Below, one piece after another: positions 1 to 6,049 of a stretch of 20,856 nt of DNA. The DNA comes from Verrucomicrobia bacterium GWF2_51_19 (GTDB lineage Bacteria > Verrucomicrobiota > Verrucomicrobiia > Opitutales > UBA12508), in assembly GCA_001831095.1 (NCBI GenBank), contig MIDP01000027.1:1-20856 (forward strand), written 5' to 3'. Position 1 is the first letter of the stretch. Every line of letters starts with the position of its first letter. Made by a program: the position numbers and the translations under genes. The notes under the pieces are model-generated. The model saw only the letters and a program-made list of their open reading frames with translations, was not told the origin of the DNA and did no database searches.

Positions 1-20
1 TTATAAGTATTTTTTTCATA

Positions 21-60
21 ATAAGACCATTGCAAAATGTCCCACGGCGTTCTCGTCGTT
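21..60. repeat. Half copy of family-1 palindromic element (one arm only)
   Basis: ataAGACCATTGCAAAATGTCCcacGGCGTTCTCGTCGTTc matches the reverse complement of the right arm of the 9753-9874 copy (GACCCGTGCAAAATGTCCtctagcGGCGTTCTCGTCGTTC), including a 17/17 run. It fills the whole gap between the kinase stop (60-62) and a minus-strand ATG at 17-19. Confidence 0.7.
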
Positions 61-1961
61 CATAAAGGTATGCGTATTGTGAACAAAGTGCCTTCGCCTT
101 CTCTACTTTTACACTGAATGTCTCCCTTGTGCAAGTCTATACAGTGGCGAACGCAGAAGAGGCCAACGCCGACACCCTTAATGTTGCCAACGTTCGAGCC
201 GCGTGAAAACATCTTGAAGAGGCCTGATCGGTCTTTTTCAGGAATGCCGATGCCGCTGTCCTCGACCTCTATATATAGGGTCTTTTCTTTTACGGACCAG
301 CGCAAAACGACCGTTCCATTGGAATATTTGCAGGCATTGCTCAAGAGGTTGTTTAAAATGTATTGAAGGAGGTTGGAATCAAGGGTGTAGAGGCCATCCG
401 ATGGGCCTTCGAGGCGAATGTCGCGGTTGGGAAATGCGCCAGAGAGGGTCGTCTTGAGCGCCTGCAATAACTTTGAAAAATCGGTTAACTGGGGTGAAAA
501 GGTCAACTTGCCTGCCTCGATGCGACCGATGAGCAAGACGTCGTCCATGAGTTGTGTGATGCGTTTGATGCCAAGTTTAACGGAATCGAACTGTTCCTCA
601 CGTTCCGGGGCCTGCAAACGCTCCCAATAGTGTTCCAAGAGGTCTGTGGCGCTCTGGATCGATGTCAGCGGCGTCCTGAATTCGTGTGAAACCATGTTGA
701 CAAAGACCCCCTTTAAGCGGCTCAACTCGCGTTCGTGCTCGAGGGCGGTGATCAAGCTGGCTTCGGCTTCTTTGCGCTTGGAGAGGTCATGGATGGTGAG
801 GGCGACGCGTTTGCTCTTGCGGAAATCAAAGACGGTTGACGCGACCTCGACCGGAATGAGGTTGCCGTTGTCGACGCGTTGGTGGAGGGTCTCGCGAATG
901 CCGGGTGTTAGGACCTGTTCCTGGATCCATGCGTCCTTATGAAGGGCCTGTGCGGCGACGGCCTGTGGGTTAACGTCAAAGAGAGTCAGGGACAGCAGCT
1001 TTTCCACAGAACAACCAAAATGCTCGCAAGCAGCCTTGTTGGCATAGACAAAACGCATGTTGTCTTCGGGCGAAACCCAAACAACGGCCTCCGAACTGCA
1101 ATCAATAGTCGTTTTAAAACAAACAATCTCTTCCTCGGCACGCATGCGTTCAAACATCTCAGCCTCGAGGTTCTTGTTGACATTTGCCAACTGACGCGTG
1201 CGGCGCTGGACACGGTTTTCGAGCGTTTCACTGAGCGCCTGGTATTGTTCTTGGAGCTGTTTCTGGGCGGAAATGTCGGTCAAACGGCCCAAGACCATCG
1301 ACGCGTTGCCACGGGCATTTCTAGCCACTACCTGCGCTTGACAAAGACAATGGATGATGCCCCTGTCGCTCTCTATTTTTAATTCGGTATTGCACGACGT
1401 GTCTGTCTCGATGAGGGCCTTCAAGGCTCGTTCCAGTGGCACACCGTCTTGGAATTGTTTTAAAAACGTCGACAGGCTCAACTCAAAGACCTCTTTCCCA
1501 ATCCAGTTAAAGAAATTGTGGGTAACTGTCACGGCGTCTGTTTTGATTTCCCACTTCCAAAAAACATCGGGCGAGTCCATCAGAAATTGGCTCGTCACCT
1601 TCCATTCGTTGTAAGCATGATTGAGGGCCGCCTCGTAGGCCAGGTCTTCATGGAGCGTCAAGATGTTTTGGCCCAATGGGTAAGCGCGCATGCGGACTTT
1701 CTTGTCGCCAACAGTGTAATGAAACTGGCCCGGCTTGCCCGACTGCAAACAACGATGCAGCTCAAACTCGATCGGCACTTCGGAATGGAATAGAGCAGCC
1801 ATGTTGGGTGCGGCCCGCAATGCATTGCAATCTTTGCCAAAAAGCCCCTCAAATGCCTCATCGCACGCGAGCACGCGGAATGCCAGGCCTTTACATGCCT
1901 CCAAAATACACAGTCCCTCAACGCGCTCCGCCGACAGTTTTTTGCCAAGATCCGATAGCAT
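60..1961 (-). CDS. Soluble multi-PAS sensor histidine kinase (HisKA + HATPase_c)
   Basis: 633-aa ORF. H-box MVSHEFRTPLTSI, N-box NNLLSNACKYS, G1 VEDSGIGI, G2 GVGVGLF. PAS-like segments and a coiled-coil linker (QEQYQALSETLENRVQRRTRQLANVNKNLEAE) lie upstream. No obvious transmembrane segment and no response regulator visible in the window. Confidence 0.9.
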   Translation of the reverse strand: MLSDLGKKLSAERVEGLCILEACKGLAFRVLACDEAFEGLFGKDCNALRAAPNMAALFHSEVPIEFELHRCLQSGKPGQFHYTVGDKKVRMRAYPLGQNILTLHEDLAYEAALNHAYNEWKVTSQFLMDSPDVFWKWEIKTDAVTVTHNFFNWIGKEVFELSLSTFLKQFQDGVPLERALKALIETDTSCNTELKIESDRGIIHCLCQAQVVARNARGNASMVLGRLTDISAQKQLQEQYQALSETLENRVQRRTRQLANVNKNLEAEMFERMRAEEEIVCFKTTIDCSSEAVVWVSPEDNMRFVYANKAACEHFGCSVEKLLSLTLFDVNPQAVAAQALHKDAWIQEQVLTPGIRETLHQRVDNGNLIPVEVASTVFDFRKSKRVALTIHDLSKRKEAEASLITALEHERELSRLKGVFVNMVSHEFRTPLTSIQSATDLLEHYWERLQAPEREEQFDSVKLGIKRITQLMDDVLLIGRIEAGKLTFSPQLTDFSKLLQALKTTLSGAFPNRDIRLEGPSDGLYTLDSNLLQYILNNLLSNACKYSNGTVVLRWSVKEKTLYIEVEDSGIGIPEKDRSGLFKMFSRGSNVGNIKGVGVGLFCVRHCIDLHKGDIQCKSREGEGTLFTIRIPL

Positions 1962-2110
1962 CTACGCCATTATGAACACCCGTTTTCATCATGGCAAAAC
2001 AAATTTTAAGACTGCACACAAGGTTGGCAAGTTTTGGTCGACCTATAAGGGTGGTCCATCAGAATTTCTTGCCGCCACAACTCTTTTGGGGGATAAAGGG
2101 CCAATGCTAG

Positions 2111-2141
2111 GGGGGCCTGCTTTAGTGTATCGCAGGCCCCC
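2111..2141. other. GC-rich hairpin (10-bp perfect stem, 11-nt loop) in the kinase/ankyrin intergenic region
   Basis: GGGGGCCTGC-tttagtgtatc-GCAGGCCCCC. No flanking U-tract on either strand, so the function is unknown. Confidence 0.4.
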
Positions 2142-2165
2142 ATCTCGATTGCGTGATGAAACCGC

Positions 2166-2196
2166 TGCAAAATAGCACCAAAATGCGTTTCGCGCT
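2166..2196. repeat. Truncated copy (left arm only) of family-1 palindromic element
   Basis: TGCAAAATAGCaCCAAAATGCGTTTCGCGCT matches the reverse complement of 7408-7438 with one mismatch. No matching right arm follows. Confidence 0.7.
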
Positions 2197-2251
2197 GTGG
2201 GTAGCATCGCCCATTAAACGCCCATTAAACAATGAAGTGCAACACTCGAAT

Positions 2252-2289
2252 GGAAAAAGCGTGACACGAGTTTCCCCGAGTCACGCTTT
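2252..2289 (-). terminator. Rho-independent terminator candidate for the ankyrin gene
   Basis: On the minus strand: AAAGCGTGAC-loop-GTCACGCTTT followed by TTcc (a run of 5 T including the stem end), about 65 nt downstream of the stop at 2355. Confidence 0.6.
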
Positions 2290-2354
2290 GTTCAGCTGCG
2301 TTGATCGCCTACAGCTTAAGTGTTTTTTAGAATAATATAGAAGTTATAATCGTC

Positions 2355-3536
2355 TCAGAATTCAAAGTTTAAAAACTCTTCGTAGAAAAATCCTAAAGGT
2401 GAGATAGGATCCATTTTATCATAGAACCAACCCTCAAGTGTAATTGCTTTTGTTTCCTCCACGGACCAACCCTCAAGTGTAATTGCTTTTGTTTCTGTTT
2501 CCGTTTCCATCAAGCGCCTCATCGTATTAATCACTTCTTCGCTGATATTTTGTGCGTCATTATAATCATGGTTATTCTGATTCTGACAGTAGATCGCATC
2601 CAATAATTTATCACTCTTCGCAGCAGTCTCTGTATCATCCGTCATGGCACCATTCTTCGCGGCGTATAAAATACGTATGGCTAACGAAATCGTCGAGTCT
2701 GGATTTGCGACCGACTCTTTTTCGTCGAGCGTAATGCGTAATTCCTCCGCTGCTTTTTTGCACATGCCATAAATGATGTTGTACTCTTCTGCGTAGTTGG
2801 TGAGGAGCGCTATGATGTCGTTGTGGCGTCTTTCTTGGACCAACCCCAACGCGGTTTTGCCGTGTTTATTCTGAATGTTTGGATTCGCTCCGGCTGCAAT
2901 TAAGAGCTTAGCAATTTCGGTTTGGTCCAGTATCACGGCAAGCGTCATCGCGGTGTTGCCGTTTTTATTCTGAATGTTTGGATTCGCTCCGGCTGCAATT
3001 AAGAGCTTAGCAATTTCTGTTTGGTCATCCATCATGGCAAGCCTCATCGCGGTGTTGCCGTTTTTATCCTGAATGTTTAAATCCGCTCCGGCTGCAATTA
3101 AGATCTGAACAATTTCTGTTTGGTCATTCATCACGGCAAGCGTCAGCACGGTGGAGCCGTTTTGACCCTGAATGTTTGGATTCGCTCCGGCTGCAATTAA
3201 GATCTGAACAATTTCTGTTTGGTCATCCATCACGGCAAGCCTCATCGCGGTGTTGCCGTGTTTATCCTGAATGTTTAAATCCGCTCCGGCTTTAATTAAG
3301 ATCTGAACAATCTCTGTTTGGCCCTTCATCACGGCAAACATCAGCGCGGTGTCGTTGTCGTCATCTTGCCAATTGACATAATTTTTGAGCGCGACCTCAT
3401 TATTTTTGTATGGCTCGATCAATCTGATAACTTCATTCAAATTGCCATCCTTCGCTGCATCATTCAAAGCTTTATCGGCAAAAAGCACGTTAACAGACGT
3501 TAATGTGACTGAAATAAGTAATAGATATTTTTTCAT
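2355..3536 (-). CDS. Secreted ankyrin-repeat protein
   Basis: 393-aa ORF. Sec-type N-terminus MKKYLLLISVTLTSVNVLFA. Six consecutive 33-aa ANK modules (e.g. NGNTAMRLAVMDDQTEIVQILIAAGANPNIQ). Non-ANK C-terminal ~150 aa ending in a duplicated ETKAITLEGW motif. Confidence 0.92.
   Translation of the reverse strand: MKKYLLLISVTLTSVNVLFADKALNDAAKDGNLNEVIRLIEPYKNNEVALKNYVNWQDDDNDTALMFAVMKGQTEIVQILIKAGADLNIQDKHGNTAMRLAVMDDQTEIVQILIAAGANPNIQGQNGSTVLTLAVMNDQTEIVQILIAAGADLNIQDKNGNTAMRLAMMDDQTEIAKLLIAAGANPNIQNKNGNTAMTLAVILDQTEIAKLLIAAGANPNIQNKHGKTALGLVQERRHNDIIALLTNYAEEYNIIYGMCKKAAEELRITLDEKESVANPDSTISLAIRILYAAKNGAMTDDTETAAKSDKLLDAIYCQNQNNHDYNDAQNISEEVINTMRRLMETETETKAITLEGWSVEETKAITLEGWFYDKMDPISPLGFFYEEFLNFEF
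2426..2495. repeat. 39-bp tandem duplication inside the ankyrin gene 3' region
   Basis: ACCAACCCTCAAGTGTAATTGCTTTTGTTTC occurs at 2426-2456 and 2465-2495 (31/31 identical, period 39). It encodes the duplicated ETKAITLEGW peptide. Confidence 0.9.
2851..3345. repeat. Five tandem 99-bp units (ankyrin modules), highly similar at the DNA level
   Basis: Unit starts at 2851, 2950, 3049, 3148 and 3247 (GCGGTGTTGCCGT...). Neighbouring units differ at roughly 10 of 99 positions by eye. Long shared strings include CTGAATGTTTGGATTCGCTCCGGCTGCAATTAAGA. Confidence 0.9.
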
Positions 3537-3889
3537 AATTTTTATTATTTATGTTAAAGATTTTTAAAAAACCAAAAAAGTCAAGAAGATTTTTAAAAAA
3601 TCTGCAAATTCAAGAAAGAAGTGCACCAGGCGAAAGGACAGGATGGAAGGATTGAAAAAAGAGAGGAGAGATGCAAGACTGGCGTTATATAACTGTGTAC
3701 GTCGGCACTGAATATAGCCTCGACGATTTATTGCGAAAAAGCTTGACTTTTTGTTTAAAAACTATATTAGACATTAAATACAAAAATTTGAATATTTAAA
3801 ATCATCATCAATATCCGATATTTTTTTAAAATTATCCAAAGCCGCTTTCGGGCGCAGAAGGAGTGCGCCACAAAAGGCTCTCATAGACC

Positions 3890-3967
3890 CGCCGAGCTCT
3901 CTAACGGCACATCGAGGGCGCATCGAAAAACGGATGCGCGGTAATAAAGTTTCGCTAATGATTGAGG
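3890..3967 (+). repeat. Family-2 modular repeat, copy 1 (leader block + hairpin + conserved 24-mer)
   Basis: CGCCGAGCTCTCTAACGGCaCATCGAGGGCG, then hairpin GCGCATCGaaaaaCGGATGCGC, then the 24-mer GTAATAAAGTTTCGCTAATGATTG (3941-3964). Matches the reverse complement of 20717-20856 apart from a ~62-nt indel. Confidence 0.8.
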
Positions 3968-4097
3968 CCCATAGTCGTTTTTTTGAAAACCTTTAACTTT
4001 TTTTTGAAAAAAATGTTTTCCCCTAAAGTGCTGAATGTGAATAAGTTTTGTTAAAGTTTTCCCGCGGACAGACGATTTTTTATTTTTTAACTAAATT

Positions 4098-5594
4098 TTG
4101 GAAAAACTGTGTCGATTGTGCATAAGCGTGAAAACGACACATCTTCTTCTCGGGGCCTCCCTGTGTCTAGGGGGGTCGATATGGGCTATTCAATCCATGC
4201 CCGCACTCGTCAATAATTATGGGGAAAGCGAAGTTAAACTCTCTCCTTATTTTGACGAGTGCGTCGCAGATATACACCTTCTGATTCGAAGGAGCTATCT
4301 CTGCAGCAAGCGCGACGCCGGATGCGAAATTCCGGAAACCGCCTATCGTTATTACGAGGGCATTTTTCAAGACATGATCCTTGAGACAGGCACGATGGAT
4401 TATTTTCCGGATGCCTCGGACCCAGAGGGCCATGCACTGGCGCGGTATCCATTTGAGCATACCTGGCTATGTAAAAAAACCTTCATGGGAGAACAGGGCC
4501 GAACTCAAATCGGCTCTTTTTTTGAAAACACGCTGGGCATTCAGAGCACTGAAACCGACTTTCCTGGCTTTATCGCTCTGAAACGCGGTGAAAATGGCCA
4601 TCCGGACGTCTTGGTGGTGGTCTTGCGTGGCTCACAAGCGGAATCCTTCCAGCCACTCCACGGCATGCTCGGCTCGAGTTGGCGAACCAACTACGCTGTA
4701 GGCAAAGAAAAATTACCAAAAGCGATCTTTGGATTCAAGGGTTCTATGCACTACGGCTTTTTGGAAAAAGAGCTGGCCTTTCGTCAAACGCTCTTGCACT
4801 CGATCTACGACACGATTATCAATGAGCAGGTCGACATCGACAACCTCATTATCGTCGTCACTGGACACAGCCAGGGAGGCGCGCTCGCCCAAATCACCAT
4901 CGTTGACCTCGTTAAAAACCTCGGACCGCTGCTCTTCGGCAACGACTTCGATAATGCAAAACATAACCGCTTTTATGGCTATTTTATGTCTCCAGCGCGC
5001 GTGGCTGGGTCGAAATCAACCGTCCGCCATATTCACGACCTCGTCGGTAAGCACAACATGATACGTCACAGCACCATCCACGATCCAGTGCCCAACGCTG
5101 GCATCGATCGAATCTTTGAGCGCATCGCCATACTCGATCCAATCAACGCTATCTTCGCTTACCACAACATCGGATACCTCGCTCTCGACGACAGCGGCCG
5201 CGTCCTCGAAAAAGCGCTCGCCTCAGAAGCTTCTTACCCAAATAAATATGATGAGCGCCTCTTCACCGAGTTCAACCGCGACCGCTACCTCATGGTCCAA
5301 ATCGTCAAAAATAAACTCTTCGACTCCTACAAGTGCCACCTCAAAGCTAAGGGCTGCAGCCGTCTCATGCCAAAATACCACTATTGGAGCACCAAGAGCG
5401 ACCTTAAAATGGCCAGGGCAATCTTCCGCGCTGGCCCGCTCGGCGGTCTCTATTGGATGGTTTCCTGCTGGCACTTCGGCAGTCGAGCAAACAATGAAGG
5501 CGGTTATGTTTTTGACCCCGTCCTGCCCGATAAAAATATCGACATCGCCCTCATTCGTGGTCGACTGCATAAGATGGCCAAAACTATGCCGTAA
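4098..5594 (+). CDS. Class-3 (fungal-type) lipase family alpha/beta hydrolase, probably secreted
   Basis: 498-aa ORF. Nucleophile elbow VVTGHSQGGALAQ preceded by the VVVLRGSQ block typical of Lipase_3. Start uncertain: TTG 4098, TTG 4116 or GTG 4128. GTG 4128 gives a signal-like MKTTHLLLGASLCLGGSIWA. No clear SD. Confidence 0.82.
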   Translation: MEKLCRLCISVKTTHLLLGASLCLGGSIWAIQSMPALVNNYGESEVKLSPYFDECVADIHLLIRRSYLCSKRDAGCEIPETAYRYYEGIFQDMILETGTMDYFPDASDPEGHALARYPFEHTWLCKKTFMGEQGRTQIGSFFENTLGIQSTETDFPGFIALKRGENGHPDVLVVVLRGSQAESFQPLHGMLGSSWRTNYAVGKEKLPKAIFGFKGSMHYGFLEKELAFRQTLLHSIYDTIINEQVDIDNLIIVVTGHSQGGALAQITIVDLVKNLGPLLFGNDFDNAKHNRFYGYFMSPARVAGSKSTVRHIHDLVGKHNMIRHSTIHDPVPNAGIDRIFERIAILDPINAIFAYHNIGYLALDDSGRVLEKALASEASYPNKYDERLFTEFNRDRYLMVQIVKNKLFDSYKCHLKAKGCSRLMPKYHYWSTKSDLKMARAIFRAGPLGGLYWMVSCWHFGSRANNEGGYVFDPVLPDKNIDIALIRGRLHKMAKTMP

Positions 5595-5618
5595 GACAAC
5601 TCTGGACTTTCGCCTCGA

Positions 5619-5670
5619 TCATTAGCGAAACTTTTTCTAGTGGTTCATTAGCTGAACTTTTTCTAGTGGT
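5619..5670. repeat. 26-bp tandem duplication
   Basis: TCATTAGCgaAACTTTTTCTAGTGGT (5619-5644) and TCATTAGCtgAACTTTTTCTAGTGGT (5645-5670), 24/26 identical. The first unit contains the inverted copy of the family-2 terminus TTTCGCTAATGA. Confidence 0.9.
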
Positions 5671-5693
5671 CTCAAGCATGTCTGTTGTTTTAT

Positions 5694-5761
5694 GACTCAA
5701 TGTGTGTAATTACAGCGCATCGGTTTTCCGATGCGCTGTAATAAAATTTCGCTAATGATTG
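5694..5761 (+). repeat. Family-2 modular repeat, copy 2 (perfect hairpin + 24-mer); possible terminator of the lipase gene
   Basis: 15-bp perfect stem ATTACAGCGCATCGG-tttt-CCGATGCGCTGTAAT (5709-5742), followed by the 24-mer GTAATAAAATTTCGCTAATGATTG (5738-5761). The left flank GACTCAATgtgTGTAAT resembles GAGTCAATactTGTAAT in the reverse complement of copy 3. Confidence 0.8.
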
Positions 5762-5790
5762 GTGGACCGCTTTGGCGTTTCTATTTTCTA

Positions 5791-5821
5791 TTGACATCGC
5801 GAGGTTCGCTGGCAAATTTAT
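5791..5821 (+). promoter_or_regulatory. Possible sigma-70-type promoter for tRNA-Leu
   Basis: Perfect -35 TTGACA at 5791-5796. The -10 candidates are weak and AT-rich (AATTTA/ATTTAT at 5815-5821, spacing 18-19). The tRNA 5' end is at 5835. Confidence 0.3.
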
Positions 5822-5834
5822 GTGTTATCCTTGG

Positions 5835-5919
5835 GCTGGAGTGGTGAAATTGGCAGACACGCATGATTCAGGTTCATGTGCCGAAAGGCATGGGGGTTCA
5901 ACTCCCCCCTTCAGCACCA
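5835..5919 (+). tRNA. tRNA-Leu (anticodon CAG), type II with long variable arm, CCA encoded
   Basis: Acceptor GCTGGAG/CTTCAGC (one G:U). D arm GTG-AAATTGGCAGA-CAC. Anticodon stem CATGA/TCATG with loop TTCAGGT (CAG at 5869-5871). Variable arm TGCCGAAAGGCAT. T arm GGGGG-TTCAACT-CCCCC. Discriminator A plus CCA. Confidence 0.93.
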
Positions 5920-6049
5920 ACACGGCATGAGAATACGTGTGAAAACTCGTTTTTCGCTGCGCGCAACTGCCTCACGTACCATGCGTACGCTACGGCAGAT
6001 CGTGCTCACGCAAAGCCAAGTTTTGACACTTATTCTCATGCCGTGTTGG
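5917..6049 (+). repeat. Family-1 long palindromic element, full copy
   Basis: 19-bp perfect terminal inverted repeat CCAACACGGCATGAGAATA (5917-5935) / TATTCTCATGCCGTGTTGG (6031-6049). Arms CGTTTTTCGCTGCGCGCAACTGCCTCA. Central CGTAC-catgc-GTACG at 5975-5989. About 85% identical by eye to 10174-10303 over ~100 nt. Confidence 0.85.

Noticed and set aside
1-19. Possible 5' end of a minus-strand gene (ATG at 17-19 reading MKKILI... out of the window)
   Set aside because: Only six codons are visible. That is too little sequence to call a CDS or a product.
2209-2230. 11-bp tandem duplication GCCCATTAAAC x2
   Set aside because: It is real but tiny, intergenic and has no further copies. It is probably slippage noise next to the truncated family-1 fragment.
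1976-2335. ORFs 1735-2175 and 2153-2335 in the kinase/ankyrin intergenic region
   Set aside because: They have no recognisable domains, overlap a repeat fragment and hairpins, and show no SD. They are treated as non-coding.
3587-3603. AT palindrome AGATTTTTAAAAAATCT and neighbouring TTGACT/TTGAAT hexamers as the ankyrin promoter
   Set aside because: No -10 element sits at acceptable spacing for any candidate -35 on the minus strand. In such AT-rich sequence, hexamer matches are not informative.
5863-6042. N-terminal 60 residues of the track ORF 5863-7248 (MIQVHVPKGMGVQLPPSAP...)
   Set aside because: The ATG lies in the anticodon stem of tRNA-Leu. The reading frame then crosses the tRNA and the palindromic element, and the peptide bears no resemblance to FtsZ N-termini.
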